DNA of 64,000 nt from Felis catus (taxonomy: Eukaryota). The notes beneath the pieces are model-generated. The model was not told the DNA's origin and did no database searches. It worked only from the letters and a program-made list of their open reading frames with translations. A program made the translations under genes and the position numbers. Below are positions 26,699 to 37,845 of this stretch, piece after piece. The DNA lies in assembly GCF_018350175.1 (NCBI RefSeq), contig NC_058368.1, positions 127,908,001 to 127,972,000 of the forward strand, given 5' to 3'. The first letter of the stretch is position 1, and every line of letters begins with the position of its first letter.

Positions 26699-29108
26699 GA
26701 ACTTTTTAGGAGGCTGAGTGGAATCTCCTGTATGTGACAAAACACCCAAATCTAGTGAAATCTCAAAGTTAATTATTTTCCTTTTTCCTTCCACTTCCAC
26801 TAAAAAGACAGATTATTCAATAAATGGCGAAGAAACAAAGGGATACCGGTTTGGAAAAAAGTATGCCTGAACATCTACATCACTCTTTACGTGTAAATAT
26901 CTCGACTATACAGGGAAACAAAACATTAAATGTAAAAAACTAAAAACATGTTCACAAAATGATTTAGTCAACAAGAACATACAGTCAAGGAAGATGTGAC
27001 AGAAATTTGGGCTCAATTAGACCCATGTCTACTTTAGACCCAATTTAGACCATGTAGAGACTCCAGAGGAAATAGAAGAGGATGTAAGTGGTTTGATGTA
27101 ACTCAGGGCCACAACCCAGTTTGTTAATAGAGGCTGTCACTGGATGGTGCACAGGATTCATATTCCAGATGGTTGTACCATCAGGTCCAAAGCCCTGACA
27201 TGGAGTTTCTGTCATTCATGTTGCAACCCACCCTGGCTACATGAAAGGTCAATTGGCAGGGAATGAGGCAAGATGTGGGCAACTCACACCCAACAAAATA
27301 ACCAAACAACCAAAAGAGCTACCCACCGTTTACCAGAGTTAAAAGCAAAACCTTGTAAAGAGGAGAACTATCCTCATGGAAGGTTTGGGGCAGAGTTTCT
27401 GCAGGGCATGGTGTCAACGGGAACAAAACTTTGGTAACTATCTTTCCAATTCTCTTGCCCCTGTTTTTTCTCATCTCTCGCTGGAAATAATCCATTGGCC
27501 CTTTCTCACCAATCTTCCTCCTTAGTCTCCTCTCTCTTGAGACATTAGTGACCTCTTGATGCCACGTCTTCTATGAACCCCCTGCTGCTAAGGCAGGCCA
27601 CATGACCTCATATATGTATAGTTATATATTAGTACTTAATATGATTGCTGTACCTCATGCAACATAATGGTTAAAAAGAAGAAAAAAAAGGAATGTTATT
27701 TTTTTTGCAGTAGTTGTTTTATCTTTGTACTTGTTATCACTATGTCTTCATTTCTTTTCTGTATGATAACTTATAAGAATATGTATAAGACTTCCCACCA
27801 TGGAGGATTGTTAATCTTCAAAAACTGTTTCAAATAGCTATCACTTCAGCATCTAATGCAACTGAAAGGAAATGAATTTGTTTGCCAAGTTTGGGGGGAA
27901 AAAGAAAAACCTTAAGAGTACTAGAAATCATGGGTGAAACTAATGATACTTGGAGTAGAAAAGCTTTGCTAAGCAGAATACAAAAATGAGGAAGCTATAA
28001 AAGAAATGATCAATTTAATTTTTACCTCCACTGCTTATTAATTTTATCATAGAGTTATACAATATTTAGGGGGAAAATATTACAGGAAAGCTCAACTTTT
28101 TTCAGCTGAAATATTTTATTAACATCCTAATACCACTTCCCTCACAAAGGACACAAGGAATTCTTTGCTGAGGTTGATGTCCGAGTCCATCTATGTGAAT
28201 GAATTCATTGCTAACATAGGATGGAGAAAGGGAAAAGCTGAATTAAAGTGTGAAATAAAAAAATGGGACAGTTTTCTAACTCCATGTTTTTTTATTAATT
28301 CATTAAAATTCACCAGTCAGTAAACAAATATATATTGTTTTCATTAAGCCCCAATTAGATCAGACATACCTATGTTGACTGAGATATAAACATAAAAACT
28401 TTCCAAATCCAAATGAATTATTTTGGTGTTACTATCCCTCTGTTCCCCTACATAAATGCAGAAACAGATTCTGAAGAAAATGAGAGAAGGCAGTCACAAC
28501 AATAGAATAGGTTACTTTATTAGCTTCTACTCCTCTGGATTGGGACACAAACTTATATCACTTAAATTTTTTGTGAACAAATTATTTTTAATTTGCACTA
28601 TCCTACAGAAACTTGATTTCACATTAGTTTCACAGAAAACTGCTCAGAGTTTTCACTCTATCCTGCTTTCCTCTCTCTCTCTCGTTCTGTCTGTCTGCTG
28701 TACTTTCACCTTATAAAGTACCCTATGCTTTTTTTCAAAGAGTCTAATCTGGGTGAAAGTTCATAAAAACTTTAAAATTTCAGAAGAAAGAAAGATTAGG
28801 TGGCAGTGTGGGGAAAGGAAATCTAGCCCTTATTACACAATTATAGGTGGGATGGTGCTGGACACATTAACATGCCTTATCTCATCTTGTTTTCCTAACA
28901 ACCATATGATGGATTTATTATAATCTGCATTATTTTGGATGAGTCAACTAGGGCTCAGCTTAGTGGAGCAATGGCCAGTAATTGAGAGGCTGGCCTTTGA
29001 TCACTGGCCTGCATAATTCCAAGGATTGAGAACGAAAAGGAGCAAATCAAAGAAAGGAACATAGAGTAAACAGATCTCAGGGTTTAGATTTAAGAGTCAT
29101 CTGTTCAA

Positions 29109-29324
29109 GGGATGCCTGGGTGGCTCAGTCGGTTGAGCATCCAACTTCGGCTCAGGTCATGATCTCACAGGTTGTGAGTTCGAGCCCCGCATCAGGCTCT
29201 GTGCTAACAGCTCAGAGCCTGGAGCCTGCTTCAGATTCTGTGTCTCCCTCTCTCTCTGCCCCTAACCCACATGCATTCTGTCTCTCTCTCAAAAATAAAC
29301 AAACATGAAAAAAAAGTTTAAAAA
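29109..29324 (+). mobile_element. CAN-SINE
   Basis: Full head, linker and tail; TSD AA(G/A)AGTCAT(C/T)TGTTCAAG. Confidence 0.95.
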
Positions 29325-29811
29325 AAAAGTCATTTGTTCAAGTGCCTCTCCATTACCCGATAAAAGTGTTTTCCTACCTGGAAAAAAAGATACTAACACA
29401 GCCTAGTTTACAGGGTTGTTGTTAGTATCAAATAAGGTAATGTTTGTGAAAATCACTTTGTAAACTGAAAAGCACCATACAAACATTTTGTATAGCAATT
29501 ATCACAATGAGGTCTCTGTACACACACACACAAAAAGAACACTTGATAAGGGAATTAAAATGCTCCAGAAAAACTATGCAGAGAAACACAGAGGATGACA
29601 AAGATGATCTATAACGATATAATAGACCAAATAACAGAAGAGAACATCCTACTAAATTATGCTAAACTGTTTATAGAATTCTGGGAATACATTTATCTCT
29701 GACTCTTTAGTTTCTCATATTTGGTAATGGAAAGAACAAAGGAAAATACTAAGTAGTTGTATTTTAAAGGAGACAGGAACTACAAATGCTTAAGCAAAAA
29801 CAGAAAGCCAT

Positions 29812-30036
29812 GGGGCGCCTGGGTGGCGCAGTCGGTTAAGCGTCCGACTTCAGCCAGGTCACGATCTCGCGGTCCGTGAGTTTGAGCCCCGCATCAGGCT
29901 CTGGGCTGATGGCTCGGAGCCTGGAGCCTATTTCCGATTCTGTGTCTCCCTCTCACTCTGCCCCTCACCCGTTCATGCTCTGTCTCTCTCTGTCCCAAAA
30001 ATAAATAAACGTTAAAAAAAAATTAAAAAAAAAAAA
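29812..30036 (+). mobile_element. Young CAN-SINE (SINEC_Fc), CpGs largely intact
   Basis: GGGGCGCCTGGGTGGCGCAGTCGGTTAAGCGTCCGAC head and long poly-A. Perfect TSD AAAAACAGAAAGCCAT(G) at 29796-29812 and 30037-30053. Confidence 0.97.
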
Positions 30037-31146
30037 AAAAACAGAAAGCCATGAAAGACAGAAAGCATAATATGTGACAACACATTTCATTGTCATGACT
30101 GCTGACATAAGTTATTTTCTAGATGCTGCAATATCACATTAACTTCAGAAGTTAAACTATAGGGGAGTGTGAGGCAAAGAATATGCCATCTGTCTAAGAT
30201 GAAATTGACATCATCAGGTGTTGAGGTATGTAGTGGCTCAATGGAGAGGTTAACCAAAAGCAAAGTTACACAAATCAAACTCGGTTGCTCCTGTTTAAAT
30301 ACAAAATAATAAATTATACAGGAGATAGCAATTGTTTGCAGAGCAAGAAAAAACAAAAAAACCCTATATTTTAAGTAGATACAGTTCATTCCTGAAATTA
30401 TATTGCGCAGAATATGTAAAGAGAAACACCTTTTACAGAGGGGGAATGGTGGTCTAGACTATGGTTGAGGTGGGTTAGAAGGAAGGGTTAACTCATCCAA
30501 GGAGTGATTTCAATAAAATCTTTCACTCTTCCAAAACTCACATGTGCTTTGTAAGTCTCTTAGCTAGGAAGGGTGAAAACCTATTTAGCCCCCTAGACAA
30601 ATCCACTCAAATCCAAAAGACTATGCTCTAAGTAGAAACGAAGCATTTGGGAAAACATGTTTAAAAGGTCATATGGCCCATATGGTCAACTATCTTGGAG
30701 AAAACTGCTATTTGCACAGGTACCATCTTAAAATCTATTTAAAGTGATAAGAAGAGTAACTGAGTAACTTAGTATTTTCCACCCCTGCATCTAGACATCA
30801 AGTCTCAGATCCACTTTTGATCAATATATACACATATAATAACTTCATGCTTTTAAAATGCCTCAATTATTAAGTTTCACTATTAAAACCTACCTAGAAT
30901 TGTTGTCATTTTCCTCATATTCTATGCTATTATTCCAAATATTGATGTTTTGGGTATGTCAGGCATAAGTATCAGCTTCTTTTTGTACCTCAGTTTGTTC
31001 ATCCATCAAATATGGATAATAGTACTACATTATAATAGTTTTGAGGATTACATAAAATGAGTGAATATATATAAAGTGTTGGTGGTAAGCGCTGAGTGTG
31101 GGTACCCAATAAATTTTACCTACAAAATATTGTATTATCGAATTAT

Positions 31147-31348
31147 TTTTTAAAGGTTATTTATTTATTTAGAGAGAGAGAGAGAGAAAGCATGCAGGTA
31201 AGGAAGGGAGGGGTGGAGAGAGAATTTCAAACAGGCTCTGCGCTGTCAGCAGAGAGCCCAACACGGGCTTGAACCCACATAATTTGAGATCATGACCAGA
31301 GCCGAAACCAAGAGTCAGACGCTTAACCACTGAGCTACCCAGGTGCCC
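31147..31348 (-). mobile_element. CAN-SINE
   Basis: Reverse-complement head ...tgagctacccaggtgccc; degenerate TSD AATTATTTTT. Confidence 0.92.
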
Positions 31349-31439
31349 ATACCAAATTATTTTATAAGATAATTTGAAATAGCAAGCCCTATGCCAGGTT
31401 CTCTATTACCAGTACATACGCATACATGTGTGTATGTGA

Positions 31440-31441
<2 letters not shown>

Positions 31442-31488
<47 letters not shown>
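31442..31488. repeat. (CA)n microsatellite
   Basis: About 23 perfect units. Confidence 0.98.
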
Positions 31489-31489
<1 letters not shown>

Positions 31490-31853
31490 GATTTGAATGT
31501 CCCCAAGTATTGACAGTTCTATGGGCAAATGAAATTAACAAAGCCCTCTTCCCATGTAACCATGCAATGTTCAGAATGCTCCCCAGTATTTGTGGGCACA
31601 CCCAAAGGAAAGGCACTTCCGTGTGCCTAGGTGACACTTGTCACACCTCCCTCCACCAGCACTAGACCCCCACTCTCCCCTGCTCCCTTCCTTCCAGCTT
31701 TGTCTCAAGTAGGAATTCAGCCCTTCTCCTTCTCCTCACACCCCAGGACACAACTGTTACAATATTGTTGTCATTACAGAAGTTAAAAAAAAAAACGTTT
31801 GGAAAAAAAAAGAAACAGTGCAAACAAAACTTTTCAAACCTATCACCTAAGTA

Positions 31854-32282
31854 CAATAGTCCCCCTTACCCACTGGGGATTGTTCCAACACCCCAGTGGA
31901 AGCCTGACACCGAAAATTAGCACCAAATCCTACATGTACTGTGTTTTTGCCTCTACATTCATACCTATGATAAGGTTCAATTTATAAATTTGGCACAGTA
32001 AGAGATTAACAATAGAATGGAACAATTATAATAATACAAGGTAATAAAACTTATGTGAATGTGGTCTTCCTCTCTGTCAAAATATCCTATTGTACTGTAC
32101 TCACCCTTCTTGGGAGGATATGAGATGACATAAGGTCTACGTGAGGAGATAAAGTGAGGGGAATGATGTAGACATCGTGACATAGCAGTAGGCTACTACT
32201 AGCCTTCTGACAATACATCAGAAGGAGGTCCACCTGCTTCTGGACCAGGGAAAGCAAAACCGTGGATAAGAGGGAACTACTG
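31854..32282. mobile_element. MER44-like (Tigger/TcMar) non-autonomous DNA transposon
   Basis: Terminal inverted repeats CAATAGTCCCCCTTACCCACTGG and CCGTGGATAAGAGGGAACTACTG, flanked by a TA duplication on both sides. Confidence 0.85.
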
Positions 32283-33132
32283 TACTCCTAAAGTGGCTAT
32301 AACAGGCCACTGCTGCTATGGGGATGACTGGTAGTCCCTTCTTCTGAACCCCACCTACTGTCACATGACTCTACCCCTACCAAGGCTTTCACACAGCTAT
32401 GCATTTCCCAGAGTCCTCTAGGGCACTGCCTCTCCCCAAATTGTATCTCTTCCAAGCAGGCAGGGGACAAGTTAAAAAGTTCTAATCCTGTCTTATGCAA
32501 AAGAGTCTACCTTCCTTATAATATAACCCTGCTTTCTAACAAAAAACTCCATTTGCAGTCACAGGAGAGAATGCGAAACATTGGACTTCACAATATAGCA
32601 TTGTTGTCCAACTGGATATTTAGCCATAATACAGATTCTAAATGATATGCTACAATTTATTTTCAGTAAGCACGTGGTGTAATGATGCATTAGTACATGA
32701 GTGATGCCTCCAGTAACACAGTTACATGTGTGCGGCTCCATCGCATGGTGACCAGAGTAAGGAATGTGGAGTCAAAGACCTGTAAGTCCATCTAAGCTTC
32801 TCTATTACCAGCTATGTCATCGTACTAACTCACTTAGACTGACTAAAGCTGTTGTGAATCTCTGTAAAATGAGGATAAACATAACTGCCTATCCTACCTC
32901 CAAGGTTCTGTCAGGGAAAAAAAAAAAAAACAAGAAAATGTTGGGACAGAATGTTGAAACTTAATTACCTTTCGCAATTATAAATTATTATTTGTCACAT
33001 TAGCACATATATTAAGCCTTAATTTCATTTTATATTTGGTAAAAAACCTAAGATTTCACCCAATCTGCTCATACAAAATCACCTATACATAATCAAACTT
33101 TCCTATAATTATTCTTTTAAAAAAATCGATGA

Positions 33133-33350
33133 GGGGTTCCCTGGGGGCTCAGTCCATTGAGTGTCGGACTTCAGCTCAGGTCACGATCTTCAGGCTCCTG
33201 AGTTTGAGCCCCGCACAGGCTCTGTGCTGACAGTTCAAAGCCTGGAGCCTGCTTCAGATTCCGTTTCTCTCCCTCTCTCTCTGTCTTTCTCTGCCCCTCC
33301 CCACTCTCGTATACGCTCCCTCTCTCTCTCTCTAAAAATAAACATTAAAA
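33133..33350 (+). mobile_element. CAN-SINE
   Basis: Head, CT linker and tail; degenerate TSD AAAAAT(CG/TA)ATGA. Confidence 0.92.
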
Positions 33351-34459
33351 AAAATTAATGAACAATGATGATGGCTATACTAGAAACTACACACACACAC
33401 ACACACACAGAAATGCATACACATAAGATCAGCTTCTACCTTTGTTGTGAATTCAGTTTTTAAGAGCTTCCTTAAATTCTGATTCAAAGCCAATGTGAAA
33501 AGACACAGATTCAAAATAAGACTCAGTAAACTAATAGGAAAAAATAAGAGTTGCCACAGAAATAGACAATATAACAAAGGTTAATATTTTCCCTCTACCA
33601 CACTTACAAAATGTTACTAGTTCTCACTAGTTCATTTTATTCTGATGAGACTCAGCTTGGTAAGAAAAAATAAGGTGATGTCCAGGTAGTGGACTTGGGA
33701 TGAGAAGTGCTGCATACTGATACATGCAATAATATTTGTTGCTTCTTTAGAGGTTGGGAGGGATTATGAGTGAGTGGGTTAAGGAAGGTTCTAAGGGCTT
33801 TGGCCTAGGCCACTGCATTGATGGCTGGGGCAGCAAATACAATAGAGAAGTGAGAAACAACAGCATGTTTAGAGAAGAGGAAGGATGGTGGAAGAATCTA
33901 GTTTGGGAAATATGGTGTAAATGTAATGAAAGTCCAACCTACAACTGAAAACAGCTCTGAGATTAAAACCAGAAGTCTGAGCTAAATACAGAGATTCAGA
34001 AACAATCAAACAGAAGACAGTCCAACACAGGAAAAGAGATAAGATCATCTTAGAATATCATGTGGGTAAAGGACAGAACTTTGGGGAACAGCACTGTTTA
34101 AGGGACATACAGGCCAGAAAGAAAATACAGAAATAACCATCAGAAAGAAAAGAGAAGTACCAGAATTGTCTAAAGAGACATTCATGGTGAGCAAGGTCTA
34201 AAGCAACTGGAAGGTGTTCTATAGCCAAATTAGAAGGAAAATAGAAAAGAGATAAGTGAATGGTGATTGAGCTTGTAGGAGAGAGGAGGTAACTACCTAA
34301 GTTCTCTACAGAAATAGATGTGTCGGTCTTCAGTGAACATCTTTATCCTCTCAGACATGAAGAAGGTAAGCAGAAAATACAAGAGCATATGTACATTACA
34401 CATTGAAGATCTTAGAGAGGATAGGAAGCTGAAATGGTTCACTCTGAGAAAGCAGCTTT

Positions 34460-36580
34460 CCTTTATATTTTAATTATCATGTTTCTGAGTTAACAGGTTT
34501 TTTTTTTTCTTTCAGTACTTTAAAGAACCCACTTCTTTGTCTTCTTGCTTGTAAAGACTCTGGAAATGTCTGCTATAATTCCTATCCTTGTTTCTCTGCA
34601 GGTAAATTGTCTTTTTTTAACTTCTGATTATCTTCAAGATTTCCTATCCTTGGCTTTTTAGCAACTTTAATATGATATTCCTCTGTGTCTATGTGTCTGT
34701 ATGTATTTTGACATATATCTTATTTGGTGAACTTTGAGCTTTTGAGTCTGTGATTTGGTGTCTGTCCTTAATTTTGGAAAATCCTCGGTCATTATTTCTT
34801 CAAATATTTCTTCTCATTTTCTCCTTCTGTTATTTAAATTATGCATATGCTATGTCATCTAATATTACACTGTAACTTTTAGATGCTCTTCTTTGCACTG
34901 CATGCCTGCCCACCCACCCTTCCTCTCTCTCTCTCCTATTTTTTCTCTTTGTATTCTAGTACTGTCTAGTACTGTCTAGTACTGTCTACTGATTTATCCT
35001 CAAGTTCAGTGATTCTTTCCTGAGCTGTGTCAAGCCATTACTGAACTCAAATACATTCTTCATCTCCATTACTGTGTTGTTGTTTTTTCCTAGCATTTCC
35101 ATTTGATTCTTTCTTTTAATTTCAATCTCCCTGCTGAAATCATCAATGTGATCTCACATGTTGTCAATCTTTTCTATGAGAGATTTTAACATATTTTTAA
35201 GTATTTATTTTGAGAGAGAGCGCGTGCAAGTGGGGGAGGGGCAGAGAGGGGGAGAGAAAGAATCCCAAGCAGGCCCCATGGTATCAGCACAGAGCCCGAC
35301 ATGGGGCTTGATCTCATCAACCTCGAGATCAGGACCTGATCCAAAACCGAAGTTGGACGCTCAACTAAATGAGCCACCCAGGCACCCCAGATTTTAATAT
35401 ATTAATCATAATTACTTTAAATTGTTGTCCACTAATTCTAACATTTGTGTCATATCTGAGATGATCTTCTATGTAATTTTATGTCTTTGGAGTATTTTCT
35501 CTTGCCTTTTAAAATGCCTCAATTTTTGGCTGAAAACTGGATATCTTGCGTAGGACAATAGTTCTGAGGGAAATATACTTTTATACTTAGAATGACCATG
35601 CCTTTCCTTCTGCTAGGCTTTTCACATGGGAATTTGAATTAATCTAGTCAGGAATTAGACTAGATCTGAGGATTTCTGTTGTTATGGTTAACCTCAGTGT
35701 ATCACAGGTTTCAAATTGCTCTAGTGATACCATGTGGGTAGGTTGTAGAATGGCTGTCCAGTGGTTATTTTCTTAATATCTGTTCCACCCTTAGTTTTGA
35801 GTCCTCCCTTTGTGCTGAGCCTCACACAATCTGCCTCTTAGAACTCCCGCAGCCATATTCCACTCTTAACTTTGCTCAGTGCTTGTTAGGACACTAGTTG
35901 GGGGGAAGAAGAGGAAGAGTGTTCCATGATGTTCTGATTTAGCCTCCATATGAGGTAGGCACTGGGTCTCTGCATCTCATAAGTGCTCCTGCCCATTCTC
36001 CAACTGTCATGCTGGTCCTGGTACATATTCTTACCCCTGTTTATTTTTCCCCTGTTACGTTCCTCATCACTGGGTTTACCCAGTACCCTAGGTCAGCAGT
36101 CCCTGTTTCTCTTCCCCTTTGCAGATTAATTTTTATTACACTGGGGAGATTGGTCTAATTTCAGTTGTGGTGCAGTTCTCCTCAATCTGCCCAGTGAGCA
36201 CCTAGTGAGGTTTGTGGAGGAAAAGCCCAATGACGGATACCTCCCCTATTTATGTAACCTCCAGTGTGCCCATGCTCTAGTGCTAGCTCATGCTCAGGCT
36301 TTAGCAATTCACTGTAAGTTTCAGCTGAATCTCCTCACTAGTTTATATGCCATCTGGTGATGTATTCCTGATGGAAACAAATGATGGCATCTTCTTTCTC
36401 CTTCTTGACAAGTGCCTGTCTCTTCCTATATTTGAGGCTGGTTGACTGTCTTAGAACCTCAATTCTCTGATGGGTTTTTTCCAAGTCATCAGTATGTCAT
36501 TTGTTCAGCTATTTCTTGTTGGAAAGGAGGGAGTGGCAGTCTTTGAAGCTCTATACATCTGGGAGCTTAAGACAGAAGCT
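34460..36580 (-). mobile_element. Old L1 (L1M-type) 5'/ORF1-region fragment, interrupted by a CAN-SINE
   Basis: T-rich reverse L1 ORF1 motifs (ttttggaaaatcctcggtcattatttcttcaaatatttcttc; tctactgatttatcctcaagttcagtgattctttcc; tagcatttccatttgattctttc). Confidence 0.65.
35194..35388 (-). mobile_element. CAN-SINE
   Basis: Reverse-complement head ...gagccacccaggcacccc; TSD AGATTTTAA(C/T)ATATT. Confidence 0.94.
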
Positions 36581-37636
36581 AGACAGTTCACTCCAGAATT
36601 CCTCAATATTGTAAAATTAAGAAGTTGAGGTGATCTTATGGGAGCAATACAAGTGATAGGGATATGATGAAAATGGTGACTGTTCAGATGTTCAGTGGAA
36701 TGAGAGTACTCTTGGCTGAGATGTGAAACTGATGTGTTTTAAGGCCTTAATGAAAAAATCTTGGAGAAAGTCCAGCAAGTTTTCCTTTAAAGGAAAAGGC
36801 TTTGAAGAAAGTTTGCTTCTTCAGTGTGATAAAGGCCAGGCTAAAGTCCTTGCCTAGAATGTATATCTTCCAGTTACATTGCTCTGAATAAAAGTGTAGA
36901 AGGAGTTTTCATGTGGGAAGAGTTGTACCTTTGTAAATTATTATATTTTCTTAGACACGGAATGAGGAGTTTCTCCTGGCACTCGGTGGAGTCCAGAACC
37001 TGGACACCAGGTAGGATACAAAAAACAGGCATTTCACTGTGGGAGATAAGCAAAGCAACTGAGAGGTAGGTCAGTGACTAAGGAGAAAGGATTTGGTAAC
37101 AGGCTGTTTCTGTTATTGACAGGAATGATCATTTCTTATATTCACTTGTAAGGGTTTTCATTTCTGGACTGTGGTTTCCTCCCATTATGTCTGGCATTCA
37201 GTATAGTTTGGTTGCATGTTACAGCCTGGAAATGGTTGTGCTTCAGGGACTTAAGAGAGAAACTACTGTCCACACTTGGATACAATAGTTGAGAGATCTC
37301 TCTGCTAACAGAGAAAAGACAGACTTGATGTGACCACAGGTGACCTGTAGGGGTCAAATTGGTGGCAATCAGCAGAGAACCAGGCAAAGTTAGAATATAA
37401 AGTAAAAATAGAATTAGAATATAAAGCAAAATTAGAATTAGAATATAAAGTAGAATTAGAATACAAAGTAAAAATATTTAGATTAAAGCAGAGCCACCAA
37501 AATGTTACAACCTTCTTTTTACTTTTCCATCAGCAACATGGGCAGTTACAGGATTTATGTTCAAAGCAGCAATAATTTTACATAATTCTTTTAATTCTCA
37601 GTAAATTGAGGATCTTTTCAATTCCATGCACTCTGC

Positions 37637-37845
37637 TTTTTTTAATTTATTTTGAGAGAGAAGAGAGAGCGTGAGGGGGGGGGGGAAGGGCAGAGACAGA
37701 AAGAGAAAGAGAGAGAGAGAAAGAGAGAGAGAATCCCAAGCAGGCTCCCTGCTACCAGCGCAGAGCCCAATGCAGGGTTCAAAAAACCCATGAAGCCGTG
37801 AGATCATGACCTGAGCCAAAACCGACTGAGCCACCCAGATGCCAC
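37637..37845 (-). mobile_element. CAN-SINE with a deletion in the head
   Basis: Reverse-complement body gaatcccaagcaggctcc...gagatcatgacctgagcc; TSD CATGCA(C/T)TCT. Confidence 0.9.

Noticed and set aside
34955..34988. (TCTAGTACTG)x3 tandem repeat
   Set aside because: A simple slippage expansion inside an old L1, with no spacer structure or sign of function.
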